A stretch of DNA of 63,346 nucleotides, filler included, from Reclinomonas americana ATCC 50394 (GCA_048213135.1; 13 parts of 13 records of this genome joined end to end with filler, not necessarily neighbours in it), one strand, 5' to 3'; positions 29,934 to 43,020 are shown, counted from the first letter of the whole stretch. Numbers and translations: made by a program. The notes: generated by a model from the sequence alone, not told the origin.

Positions 29934-30844
29934 TGATGACGCGAAAGGTGTGCAAGTGTCGCGAGTGTGAAGGACGGGAAATTGTCAGCGCAGACAGGGC
30001 TGACGACAGTGGCCGACGTTCGCCCGCTTGTGCCGCGGTGTATGCAGGGTGGAGAGTGTGAAGGGTGGCGCGTGGTGTGCTCAGAAGCGCGGTGTGGCGG
30101 GCGTTGCGCGTGTGGTATGTTGATCACGATATCGATCGCGCGCGAGAAACACGACAAGAGCGGTACCGGTGCGCATGCGTGCTTCCGTCCACGTTGCTGC
30201 AGTGTGTGGTGGATGCATACAGGAGGGCATGGAGGAGTGCTGCTGCCTCCTGTGCACGCAGGGCTTTCTGCGTTGCAGTATCGAACGCGCGCGCGCGCGC
30301 GCACTCGCGATATCGAGAGCAAAACACGGCAGCTGCAGACGAAAACGCGAAGCTGCAGTGTGTGACATGTGCAGTGGAGGCTGTCACACAGGGCGCACCT
30401 GCCTGCTGTGCAAGCAGGGCGTTGCGGCAACGATCGCACTCGATACTGAGCTCGAGAGCAAAACGTGAACACGACAACACGACAAAACAATGCTTCGTCC
30501 ACGCAGCCTCCTGCTCGGTTTCCACAAAGTACAGGAACGAATGCACCTTCCACTGTGCTTCTTGGGGCTGTCTGACACTCGCACCTGTGCATAAAGCGGT
30601 CCGATATCGAGTCGCGCTGCACGAGTCGGGTAAATACGATCGCGACGTCGACTGGCCACCACACTCGCCACTGCATGCACCCCCCATGGCCTCATGCAGT
30701 CGTCCGTGCGCAACATCGATGATATCGCACCACAAACACCAACCTGACAAAAGGCGGCGACGACTGGCGGCGAGTTGAAGGCGGACACAAAACTGTTGTC
30801 AGTCACACTTTCTGTGTGAAGCGCGTGTGTGAGAGAGCGAAGAG

Positions 30845-32436
30845 ATGGGCACCTGCTGCAGCGCAGACTCGGTGACTCCTCGCTCACCAACAAAGATGCC
30901 ACCGCGTCACAATGTGGAAGGCACAGAGATGATGGGAGGTTCGGCACTCAACTCCCGCACTCACACAAACACACACACACACACACACACACACTCACTC
31001 ACTCACTCACTCACTCACTCACCCTCTCTCACTCACTCACTCACCCTCTCTCACTCTCACACACAGAGCACGTGGCCGTCAAGCAACCATCCACGCGCAT
31101 TATCCGAGCAGGTAACGCTCCCTCTCTCTTTCCCTTGCACTCTCACTCGCAGACACTCACACACTCACTCTCTCTTTTTGCAGCCTCCACCATCGCGCTG
31201 AAAGACGAAGAAGTGCACCGCCTGGTCACCGCCATGATCGAGCTTCTCCGCGGGCGCGCAGAGCAAGCCGCCGATGGACTTCGCCAGTGCCTGGACCGCG
31301 CCAGCGACTTGCTCAAGCAGCCGGGAGTGGCCGCACAGCAGCAAAAGGACGCAGTGGTGCAGTGTCTGGGACTCGGCCTGCACTCGTGCTGTGCAGTGTC
31401 GGCCTTCACCGCCAATGCGCTGCTGGATACGGTGCTGGATACGCAGCAGCAGGGAGTGACTGCACGAGGCAGTGCGCAGCAGCAGCAGCAGCAGGGACAG
31501 TTGAGCGCGGACCATCGTGCGCAGGTGGTGCAGGAATTTGCGAGAACGTTGCGCGAGAAGCCGACGACGTTGCTGGTGGCGGTGCCGGATGCGACGGCGG
31601 AGCGCATGGCGGATATGCGCGGGCGTCTGCTGTACCCGGCCGATACGATTGTGAACTCGGGCTACCTGTCGTTCTCCGACTGCGAGGACAGTGAGACGAC
31701 GTTTTTGAAGGCGATGCGCCCGCTGTGCGAGGCGGCGATGCAGGCGGCGTATGCCGTGGAGCCTGTAGTGGTGCGTGTTGTTCACCGTGTGCTCGTCGTT
31801 GCCTACACCACGTTGCTCACTGGAGATTGCTATGTGCAGGTGTTTTCGCGCACGTTTGTGCACCTCATCAATCGCTTCGTGGAGGACAGCTGGCGTGCGC
31901 TGGTGGGTGCCGGCGGCCTGTGCATCGACGAGGCCGCGCTGGAGCCGCAGGGCGATGCGCGTCGCTTCTTGCAGCAGGCGTTCATGTTGACGTGCATTGG
32001 GCGGGCGCACGCCGAACGCCTACTCGACAGGGTCGTGGAGCGGTCGACGGAGGTGCTGGAGCGACACGGCGCGGCCGCGCAGCCTCTGATCAATGCGTTG
32101 CAGAATGCGCCGCCGGTGCGTGTGATGCTCGCCAACGCGCTGAAGGTGGCGGTGGGCATGGTGTGCGCCCGCCCACCCGCCGCCCGCACGTACGCCTTTG
32201 ACGAGGCACTGATCGGGCAGGCGGTGGCGTTTGTTGCCGACAAGCACACGGCGGCGTATGGCCGCCACGGCGGCAGCAACGAAGGCGGTCAGCCCGACTG
32301 CGTGTGCATTTTCCCGCCGTGCATTGCGGGTGCCGGCTGCCAGTACCCCGATTCGCCGGAGCATTTGCCGTCGCCGATGAGCAAGGCGTTGGTGGCGATC
32401 CCGCCGCGCGGCACCCCCGCTGTGTCCATTCCGTGA
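30845..32436 (+). CDS. Protein with N-terminal myristoylation/palmitoylation motif, helical body and Mieap/GrpE-like C-terminal domain
   Basis: A phase-consistent 3-exon model gives MGTCCSADS...MMG|EHVAVKQPSTRIIRA|ASTIALKDEE... The C-terminus LKVAVGMVCARPPA...AFVADKH...CVCIFPPC...MSKALVAI resembles the Mieap C-terminal/GrpE head pattern. The CDS is well supported; the family call is tentative. Confidence 0.65.
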
Positions 32437-33221
32437 GTGGTGGGAGAGGAGGAGAAGGGAGAGGGAAAGGAGGGTTTGCGTTTTATTGTTGTTGTGTTGT
32501 TTTTCTGTATGGGGTGGTGGTGGAGGAGTCGTTATGTATGATGGTGGAAAAGGGAAGGGGTATAGGGAAGGGACGGAGGGAGCAGGGGAAGTGGGGGAAG
32601 GACAATGGGGGAAGAGAGGGGGGAAGGACTCTCTCTCATTTTTGCTTCGAATTATAATATTACCTCACCCGCGGTCGTCAAAGCCGCGGCAGTGTTCATT
32701 CGAAGCCCACAGATGCTCTAGCTTGTTATGTTGCGTGGTCGTATCACGCATGTAATGTCACAGCAAGCGCTAGCGAAGGCATGTCATCGCGACGATTCTC
32801 ATTCGACAATTCAGGCGCATCGGCCTCGGCCCCAGTTCTGTGTGTCGCCGCGCGATGCGCGATGGGGACCTGTGGGATGCAATCGAGTCTCCCCTTGAAT
32901 CGCTTATAGAATGACGTGCGGCATGAGAGGTGCTGATCGCGAAGTTGTTCTGCGAGCTCGCATGCGCACGCCAGCGCGCGACGTCGCGCCTGACACGAAT
33001 GAATGAACGCATTGCATTGCTTGTTTGGGCGTTGTGACGGTGAGTGGGGGATGTGTGTCTTTTTTGTTACTGTTCTCTGATGAACGCAAGTGTCGTCGAC
33101 GTCGGTGTTGTATGTGGTTGCGCATTTCGCGCGAGCTTGTGATGCATCATGTTCGCTTTGTTTTTGTCAGGGGAGAAACGGCGCTCATTGTGTCGACTGT
33201 CACGCCTCTGATCGCAGAGGC

Positions 33222-36200
33222 ATGGGAGGAAGCTTGGCAGTCTTTCTTGTGCTGGTACCGCTGGTGCTGGCGGCGGCGTTTCCAAGTGGTGCAAATGGTG
33301 AGAAAATGTGCTTTGGAACCCAGCGACCACGGTCCACTGTCGCTGATTCATCCCCGTGTGTGCGCGCAGCGGCGAGCGTCACGTCGTTCTCTCCTCTCCA
33401 TGCACGCGGAAGCATCGCGGTCATGAACGGCCCTGACACGCTCACAATCACAGGTTTGTTGGGAATCTTGCTTGCATTGTTGTTATTGCGCTGCGACACA
33501 CAGTGCGCTCGTTCGGGGGCCACGCAGGCACCGGCCTTGCGAGCACTGACACCGTTTGCCTTAGCCTGGGTGGTTGTCCGGCCTCGTGCACTGGAACAAC
33601 GGTGACGCTGAGCAATGCAGCGACTGCGCTGAATGGTTTGACTGCGTCACACGCACATTCATCCGCGGACACGTTTATCCGCGGACTCTTGCAACAATGT
33701 TGTGCGCGCAGGTGCCAGTGGCACGTCGACGGAACACTACGTGTCCATCGCCAACGTTGCCGCTGGCGAGTACTATGTGTGCTCTGCCCCCGGCGGTGGC
33801 ACTGTAACGTTGCGTGCTGCTACTCCGCATTCAGGCGCCATGTCTCGTATTGACAAGTGCCAAACGCAGCCAAGTGGGCTCTATGAAACTGCGACTGGTG
33901 ACGATCAGCAATCTGTTTCCGTCAACCGGATACATCACGGCTCTCGACTCGTCGGCCTCTGTAATTATCACGGTGTGCAGCGCAGCTCCGCTGTTGTTGT
34001 GCAGAGTACTCTGTCCACTCACTCTTGGCGTGCTGCTGTGACGTCGTGTGCAGGGTTTGTTCTTGAATCCAACTGATGTGGTGCAGTTCACAACGTCCGC
34101 GTCGTCGTGTGCGACTGTGGCGGCCGCAGCGAACGGCATCACGTCGACAAATCCACAGCGAACTGAGCTGACGGTGTACATTGGCGGCACTGGTCTCACT
34201 GTTGGCACATACTATGCGTGCTTGCAGATCAACAGCAATCTGCCATCGCTGTATCTGGCGTCGCCGTCTCTCAGTGTCGCAAGTTGCGTTTCGGACGTGC
34301 AAGAAGTGTTTATGGAGAGAATGCGCAAATGCGCGTTGCTGTTGTCGCTCTGCGCGGCTGCGCTGACGCGTATCACCGTCAGTCTTTGACAATTCATGCA
34401 TTGGTGTTTGTTGGTTGAGAGATGTCACACGCACACACAATGTTGATGTGGCACTGTCATTTCTCTCGACTGGACTGGAGATGTGTGACTTTGTTGGCTG
34501 TAGTGAGAGTTAAGTTAATAAGCGCCTTGCGCTTGTAGTTGTGTGAATGCGACTTTGTGCTTGTGGAATGAGAGCAGCACACGATTTCCCTTCTCGCGTG
34601 TTATTGTGTGCACAGTTTCGAGTGCTTGCCAAATAGTTCGCTGCGCTGCGCAGGCACTGCCAGTTTGGCGGCGTTCGCGCCATCTCGCATCCCGACGTTG
34701 GATATTGGCGCGGTACTGACACTGTTGCGTCGAACGCTTCCACTCGCTGCGATTCCATTTCGTTGACTCATCCGAGGCCTGCTCCTTTTTTGTAGCACGG
34801 GCTCTGGACTTCGCACCACCGACACTATCGTGTTCACCCGAAGTGCGTCGTGCGCCCTGTGCGTCGTGCTCCATTTTTTGTTTGATTGGCTGTTCACTTT
34901 TGACACTTTGTTCGCAGACGCGTGCAGTGACACGGCGAATGTGTACACGTCGACTGGACCGCGGCAGTTGATGATGAGCACATTTTCCAACTTTGGCCCC
35001 AACCGTCGAATGATTATCACTGTGGGTGGCATTGGTCTGCCTGTGGACAGCTCAAGTCCATCACAAGACTATTACATTTGCTACACCGGCTACGTTTCGA
35101 CTGGATCGCCATCGGCCGCCAAGCTCGGCACGCCGATCACATCTGGTGAGTGTAGTCGAGGATGCCGTCCTCGCCGTCGTTACTCACTCGACATGTGTGC
35201 GCATGCATCAGTGGCATTCTACTCGATTACGCCGCTAGTGGTGGACACGAGTAGCATGGCTGCAACGCTTACGATCGCTGGCGGTGTGACCACCGCTGAC
35301 AAAGCGTATGCAATTGCTGGATATGACTGTCCGCACGCCGGTGTTTCGACTGGCATCATGCTGAACATCGATGGATCGAAGCAGATTAGTGCCACGCTCT
35401 CCGCCGGCGGAAACGGTGACGTAATGCAGTGTGCTTGTACCTGGTGCGCTTGATTTATCAAGACATCCTGACGCGCAACTTCTATGTGTTTGCTGCAGGT
35501 CCATATACTGTGTGCGTGCTGATTAATGGTGCGCAAATGGGTCTGGTCCAGGCACTGCAACTGTGGAATCCGGGCTGGGGTTACTCCTCTACAGTGTCTA
35601 ATGTTAACCAGCCAACAGCGGGTGGCAGCGGCGCAGGCTTCTCTGTGACAATCACAGCTGTCAGTGACGGCGTTCTGGCGGCGTACGTAAGCAACGGCGG
35701 CACTGGTTACTCTGTTGGTGACACCCTGGCTGTGGTCGGCGGTTCTAATGGCACTGTGGTCGTTCTGACGGTTGACGGCAGCGCGGTGACATCTGTGGCA
35801 GTGCTCAACGCCGGCACTGGGTACGCCACTGCGACTGGAGCCACTACATCTGCCACGAGTGGCTCAGGCAGCGGAGCGACGCTCAACATTCTATCGGGAG
35901 CGTTGTTGGAGTCGCAGATCAGTATCTATTCATCCGGATTCGGATATCAAGTGGGCGACATTATCGACGTGGTGCAGCCTGGCGGTGCCAGTGGCCAGTT
36001 ATTGGTGGTGCAGACACTAGTCGGAACGAACTGGCGCAAGATTGGTGACACCGCGCGACCTCCGACACCGGTTGTGGAAAGTTGCGCTTGTGCTACTGTG
36101 AATCTGTGTCGATTTCGTCACCCACGCTCAAATTTGTGTGTCACAGAGTACTCGTTCGAGCCGCGCAATATTCCTGAGGCGTCGACCACTGCCATTCTGA

Positions 36201-39026
36201 CGCTGACTGGCTCGACAAGCCTTACTGGCGCGACCGTCACGATTTGTTCTGGCGCCTCTGTTTGCACGGTTGCCGGTGGCGCCGATTGGGTCACCAGCGG
36301 AGTCTACTATGCACTCTGTACGACGAGCTCGCTCACGGCGGTGTGTTTCTGTTCTTTGCCTTCTTTTCCTCCACATTGCTCGCTTCTCTGTGAGCTAATG
36401 TGTTAAAATGTGCTCAGGGTGTCTACAACTTGTGCATCGGAGCCGGTCCGACTCAGATGAACCAAGCAGCCTTCCCGCTTGTGGTCGGCAAGTGTGGCTG
36501 GTACAACGTCAACTTCCGGCCGTCGCAATATACAAACACTGTGCCTATCATCACCACCCGTGCACAGAGTGCTGGCGCGTGCGCAGGTTTGTGTACATTT
36601 CTCGCCGATGCCAGATAGCAGGATTCGTCTGATTGTCAGTGCTGGTGTGCGCGTTGTTGACTAGGCGACACGTCAATGGTGATCAACGGCGGCACTGGAT
36701 GCAAATGGTTGCGTCTCGTGTTGTTCGTATGCCTGCATCATGTGTGAGTGGTCGCCGTTTGACGTGTTGCGTCTGATTAGGTGCGTACGATCTGGCCAGA
36801 CGCGTGCTCTTGGCGACTGGAGCAAGGCCACTCAGTCGTCTACTCGCGGTTATTGTGTCAACTCTGTGACGTCGTGTGGCGGATCCGAGACTGCCATGAC
36901 TGGCGCTGTGGACATGCTGGTCAACCAGGACGCTGTTGTGGCGTATCCGGTGTACGACAAGTGGAGAGAGAACGGCGATCAGGTGCTTGAAGAAGTTTTC
37001 CCAAACCGTTTTGCATACTACAAGATTGCGCCGCCGCATCGGTGGGTTACGACGCCGATGTAGCTCGTGTTCTGCATTTTCCAGTTGGTTGGTTTGTTCA
37101 CTGCATGTGGCAGCAACTTTGATCTGCGTGCGATTGCGCGGAGCAACGACTATCTGGGGTTGGGCGACAATTTGGACATGTATATCCAGCGCGGTGCAGC
37201 ACCGACGACGTCGTCGTGGGCGTTCACGTCAGTGCGCGAGAGCAACCCGTGGGCAATTGATGTGTACTCGGAGGATTGTGGGCGAATGGTTAGTTATGAT
37301 CATGCATGCTGTCGTGGCAATCGCATTGCCGTGGCGCTCTCTCATCGGTGTCGTGTAGGCGGCTGCTCGACGTCTGGATGCAATCCGTACTTCATCGGTG
37401 TGATGGGCGACAATCAGTTCCCTCAAAAGAGCGGAGCATCGCAATACCAGATGCAAGTTTGGCTCGGTGAGTGTTGTACGCCAGCATTTCAGCTGCGCGC
37501 GCTCATGTGTTGTAACGCTTGAAAATGTGACATGGGAGTTACGCTGCAGAGATGAACTTCACGGACTTTACATGTGCTGATGCCGCGAGCAATGATTGCC
37601 TCGCTCTGAAAATTCGAGATGGCAGCGCAGCCGGCATGCTGGTTTCCACCAGTGACGCCACTCGCAACACGGATGCAGTGCAGGTGAGCGAAGCGTAGTC
37701 GGCACCGGTCGCGCTTTGTTCGTGCGCGCGCGTGTCTCATCGCTGTGTCGCGAACCTGGCAGTTTGTGACAGACGACTTGGGCAACAAAGTGATGCGCAT
37801 TTCGCGTCAGAAGGCTGGCTCAATTCTGTCACTGACGGATCGCCATCGTCGGCGGCACGTGTATTACGGCGACCAGTTGTTCATGAAGAATGGATTCGAA
37901 ACGCGGTTCCGGTTCCGTATCTCGTCGTTGGGTCTGTGCACAGAACTCGACGGATTTTGCGGGGGCGGTGATGGCTTTGCGCTGGTAATTCGCAAAAGCA
38001 TCTCGTCGGGCAGCCGCATTGCGTCGGGGTGGTCATCCCAGACAACGTATCCAGTCGGCAAGGGATTAGGATACGAGGGTCTATCGGATGTGGTGGCGAT
38101 CGAGTTTGACACTTGGAACAATAGAGAATACTTTGATCCGAAGCAAGTTTCGTAGCGCACACCGGATGATGGTGTAATGCGCGCCCTCACGTGTATATAC
38201 TGAGTCACAGGGAGTGGAGCATTGGTGGATCAACGCGACTGAGTTTGTGAGCTATGCCGACAATCACCTGGCGGGTGAGTAAGTCTGAGGAATTCGAATA
38301 TTGCAGCGCTGCAGATGAATCTAACTTGCGCCTGCACAAAACCACCGCACGCATTATTACAGTGTTCTCGTCACTTGCCGGACGGTACATTCGTGCAGAC
38401 CACTCGTCGGACTCGCTGATTCGTGCCACACCATCGGTCCCCAATTTCAGCGACGGACAAGTGCATGATGTTCGCGTTTGGTGAGGCGCAAGCGTGCATG
38501 CTGTCGTCGGCGACTCCCCCTCGTCAGCGTGCGATGGTCTGAACTTTCGCAGGTACCTGCCGCCAATGTTTGGCCACCCGGGTTCGCTGTCGATTTTCAT
38601 CGACAACACGGCGCGACCGGCGCTGGTTGCCGACGTTACGCTGGACAGCTCTTACAGCTATTACCCGTTCCACTACATGATGCAGCGAGTTGCGTGTGAA
38701 ATTGTGCTTGCTGGCGTGGAGTGTGCACACGACGATAGATACTGATTGGCGGTGTGCATGTGCTAGGGCGCGCTGGACTCGAGTGGGTACGGCTACATTG
38801 GCTTCACGTCAGCGGTGGGTGATGTGACACAGAATGTGGACATTCTGTCGTGGTCATTCTGTCACAAGCTGTTGCGTTGTGAGAGAAGAGAGGACGGGAG
38901 GGAGGGGGACGGAAGGAGAGAAGGAGAAAGGGAGGTCGGGGGAGGGAGGGAAGGAGGAGAAGGGGGGAGGAAGAGATGCAATCAATGACGCTGACTGGTG
39001 TTTACAGTGGCTGTGTGGCGTATTGA
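33222..39026 (+). CDS. Large secreted/surface protein: signal peptide, beta-rich repeats, GGTGY repeats, PPC-like domain, C-terminal L-type (legume-like) lectin domain
   Basis: Signal peptide MGGSLAVFLVLVPLVLAAA; PPC-like NLDMYIQRGAAPTTSSW; lectin motifs GFETRFRFRIS, GGDGFALVI, GLGYEGLSDVVAIEFDTWNN, FSDGQVHDVRV and YIGFTSAVGDVTQNVDILSWSF. Many short introns; this could be more than one gene. Confidence 0.7.
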
Positions 39027-39298
39027 GTCACATGCTCTCGCTTTCCAGAGTCGCCGCGCGCCCTTGTGCGGATGAGTGTGTGTATGTGTTTTTTTGTGTG
39101 TCTCTGTGATCTATTGCCTTGCCTGTGCATGTGCCTGTGGCTACCAAAGACAGGGGGTTTAAACGATCGACTGTGTTGTGTTGTTGTCAAGAATTCAAGT
39201 TTGTACGAATTTCGGTCACTGTCAGCGATCGTGCTGTCAATTGGCTGCACTTTCCAGTCCCGATAAGAAACGATCGTGCATTGCAGCGCGAAGAGGGC

Positions 39299-39783
39299 AT
39301 GCTCGACGACTTTCTGCCAGACAGCGTGCGAGGTGCGATTCAGTGGGACAAGATCATCAAGACAGACAACGAGCTGCAGGAATGTAAGTGCTCCTTGTCA
39401 GTCCAACTCTGTCTCGCTCACTCATCTTGCTCACTCGCGCACACACAGTTTCCCAGCCGAGTTAAATCCAGGCTGTCAGGCGTCAGGGGTTGCCTGGCGG
39501 ACCACGACAGCGGATTCCCACGAAAGGTGTTTACATGCACACCGCGCGCTGTACCACGAGCGCGCTCTCTGACATCGCTGTCGACCAGAATACCCTCCCT
39601 GCTGGCTCGAGAAACACCCAGGCCGTGCGTGTGTCTCGCTCTCTCTCTCTCTCTCCGCGCTGTCCTAATCGCCATCTCATTCATTTGCGCACGTCAGTCG
39701 CTGCGTTTGACGAAGCCGTCGCCGAGGCCGTCGTCACGTTCCAGGCCGACAGCGCACCTGCGTCAGGCGCACCGAAGGCATGA
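39299..39783 (+). CDS. Small multi-exon hypothetical gene or pseudogene
   Basis: MLDDFLPDSVRGAIQWDKIIKTDNELQE|...|EYPPCWLEKHPG|LAAFDEAVAEAVVTFQ...KA* with canonical GT-AG introns. The best-phased model contains an in-frame TAA at 39463-39465. Confidence 0.35.
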
Positions 39784-40226
39784 TCGAGGACTACAGTAAC
39801 CGAATATCGCTGTAAATGCACTTCACCGCACATGTGGCCGTCGAGGAAGGTGCATGGAGGGAGTCGTGCACAAGCCGTCGCGAATTCGAGTGCATAGCTT
39901 GCCGGAAGTGGTGAAACTTTTTCATGAATTCCGATGGCGTCGACATCCACCAGCGGAGTCGCCTGCATTTCGAATGCAATTCGACCTGCTTCCTTCCCTC
40001 CTCTTCGTTGACGTTCAGGTGCGCTTTGTAACCTGCGGCTCTCTGGCGGGAGGATCCGGATCCGCATCCCGATCCGCATGCGGAGTTCCAATTAATTGCC
40101 TGCACTGCCACTCAGCCGGCAACAATGAGAACTCCACTTTGTGCACAGGACCTGCTCGAGCATGCAGGAATGCGAGGATCCCAAAGAAGCCTCCTTCTCT
40201 GTAAACCCTCACCAATTAAGGACAAA

Positions 40227-40716
40227 ATGAGCGCGCGAGCACTTGGGACACACAATCACACACAGGCAAACCCGCGCACGAACGCACAGCGAGAACGACG
40301 CCAGTGAACAAAGAGAAGTGAGACTGACAACAGTGTGCGTGAAAGAGAGAGCAACTGGCGTGAGTGAGAGCGTGTTGTCCGCGAACACGCACACACAGAG
40401 ACTCGATGTTTCGCAACATCTCGCTGGGGTGAGTGAAATGCACTGTGAGCAACACACACATATACACACAGTGAGAGAGACACACATTCACGCGTGTGTG
40501 TGACTGGGGGCGCGCGCGCGTGTGTCTGATCGACAGACATCTGTCTCTTCTCTCTCTCTCTCTCTCACACACACACACGCACACAGCAAGAGAGTGCACA
40601 TGCGCATGTGTGAGCAATGCACATACTCACTCATTTTGTCTCTTTACGCACAGCGATGTATGTTACGGAACCAAGGAAAAGCCTGTGAAGCTTGTCAATC
40701 AGGTATGCAAACACGT

Positions 40717-40770
<54 letters not shown>

Positions 40771-40935
40771 CACACACACACACAACAACACACACACACT
40801 ACACANNNNNNNNNNNNNNNNNNNNNNNNNNNNNNNNNNNNNNNNNNNNTTAATTAATTAANNNNNNNNNNNNNNNNNNNNNNNNNNNNNNNNNNNNNNN
40901 NNNNNCGTCGTCGTCGTGTGCGCGTAGCGCTCTCT

Positions 40936-40992
<57 letters not shown>

Positions 40993-42644
40993 GTCTCTCT
41001 CTCTGTCTCTCTCCATATTCCTTGCTCTCCTTGGATGCTGCTTGTGATCTCTCTCATTTATGAATTGTGAGGCAGCGTATGTGTCTGTGTGTGTCTCTCT
41101 CTCGCGTGGTCTTTGAGAGACAAGTGAGTGCTCTCTGCTGTTTGTTCTATTAGTGAGCTGTGTTTTCGCGATTCGAACTGCGGCGTACTCTCCCTCCCTC
41201 CCTCACTCACTCCCCCCTTCTTCCCTCTCTGCCCCTTGCGTGCTCACAATTACCTCTCTCCTCGCTCCTTTGCAGACTCGCGGTCGCTGCGGCGCGTGGC
41301 CATCAAGATTCTGAAGAAATCCAAGTTGCGACGCATCAAGGTATGGCCGCACAGTCTCCAGCCGCCACGCTCTCGCCCCTCTCTGTGTATTCATTGTATC
41401 GGCGCGGCAGGATGGCGAGGCGAGCGTGCAGCGCGAGATCGCCATCATGAAGAAGATCAGGCATGCCAATGTCATTGAGATGCTGGAGGTGTTGCACAAT
41501 GAGGAGCGCGAAAAGCTGTTGCGTGCCTCTCTACCTTTTCCCTCTTCGAGATCGCGCGCACGCTCACCACGCAACACCGTCGCCGCCGCCAGGTACATTG
41601 TGCTGGAGCACGCAGGAGGTGGGTCTCTGCAGGGCAAGATCGATGCTGCGCCACAGAGGCGTCTGCCGCTCGCCTCCGTACATCGCTACTTCCGGATGTT
41701 GATCGAGGGCCTCGAGTATCTGCACTCGCAGGGTATCGTGCACCGGGACATCAAGCCCGACAATCTGTTGTTGACGCTCGACGGCAACCTCAAGATCTCG
41801 GACTTTGGAGTGGCGGAGGTGAGGAAGGGAGAAGGGCGAAGGAAGAAGAGAAGAGAGAGAGAGAGAGAGAGGCGGAGGGTCGCTCATACTCACACCCACA
41901 CAAGAAGAGAGACAGACAGAGAGATGCACTGGAGATAAATAGTAGCGCAATGACAATCAAAGATTGATAGAATGATGGAGGAATGTCTATTAATTGCTGC
42001 TGTTGCTGCGGNNNNNNNNNNNNNNNNNNNNNNNNNNNNNNNNNNNNNNNNNNNNTTAATTAATTAANNNNNNNNNNNNNNNNNNNNNNNNNNNNNNNNN
42101 NNNNNNNNNNNCCGGCAGCCATGCGTCGCTCGACTCGTTGCCGATTATTCCGTCACGGAAGAACCCCAAGACACTGCCGCCGCCCACGGACTTGCCCGTG
42201 GATGTGTCGTCGGCGACTCGCGCCGGTGCTCGTCGTGCGGAGCGCTCACTAGGCTCCGGCGCAGTGGCCCCACCATCGCCGTTGCTGCCTGGCGCGGGAG
42301 GAGCGAGTGGAGGAGCAGCGGCAATCGCAGCTCCTGCCTCCGACGCTTCCGACAGCGCGCCCTCGTCGCTGCATGAGCGGCCGGTCAGGTCGTCGGCGAA
42401 CGGCAAGTCGTCGGGGGGCGCCCCTGCTGTCGCGCCCTCATCCTCATCGTCGTCATCGGCGGCGGCGGCGGCGGCGACCAACGGCAAGCTGGTAGCCGGA
42501 GACGCGGGTGGTGGCGCCGCCGCCGCCTCGGCCGCCAGGAGAAGCAGCGGCTCATTACCGACTGCCGCAGCGGGCAGTGGCCGATCGGCCTCAGGGGCAG
42601 GGACATCTGGTGGCAAGACGAACCGCAAGTGTATGCTGTTGTAG
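40227..42644 (+). CDS. STK11: LKB1/STK11 serine/threonine kinase (crosses two gaps; start uncertain)
   Basis: [80 protein letters not shown]. The upstream exon [16 protein letters not shown] matches the LKB1 N-terminus, and the C-terminus has a CaaX motif RKCMLL*. Confidence 0.88.
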
Positions 42645-43020
42645 TAGACATTAGTCGTGTTTGTGTTTCTCTTTCCTCTTCTCTCCTAGTCTTGTTTCTT
42701 CGTCGCAGCGAGAGCGTGGCTCGAGTGCGTGTGCATTCGGCGGGCTCGCAAGTGGCTATTGGTGCGATATATATGTTTGCGGTGGCGTGGTGTGTGGTCT
42801 TTTCTTTCTTTCTTTCTGCACCTTGGCGTGCGAGATGTTCGTAGTGAGTAAAGGAAAATGGATAAGGGCATGGTGGGGAAAGGGCAAGGGGAAGGGGAAG
42901 AGGGGAGAGGGAGGCGAAGGAGAGGGACAATGGGGAAGAAGGGAGAGGGAGGGGAAGGAAAACGGGAAAGAAGAGAATGAGGGAGCAAATGGTGACAAGA
43001 TTCGTGGAATGGAGGTCAAG

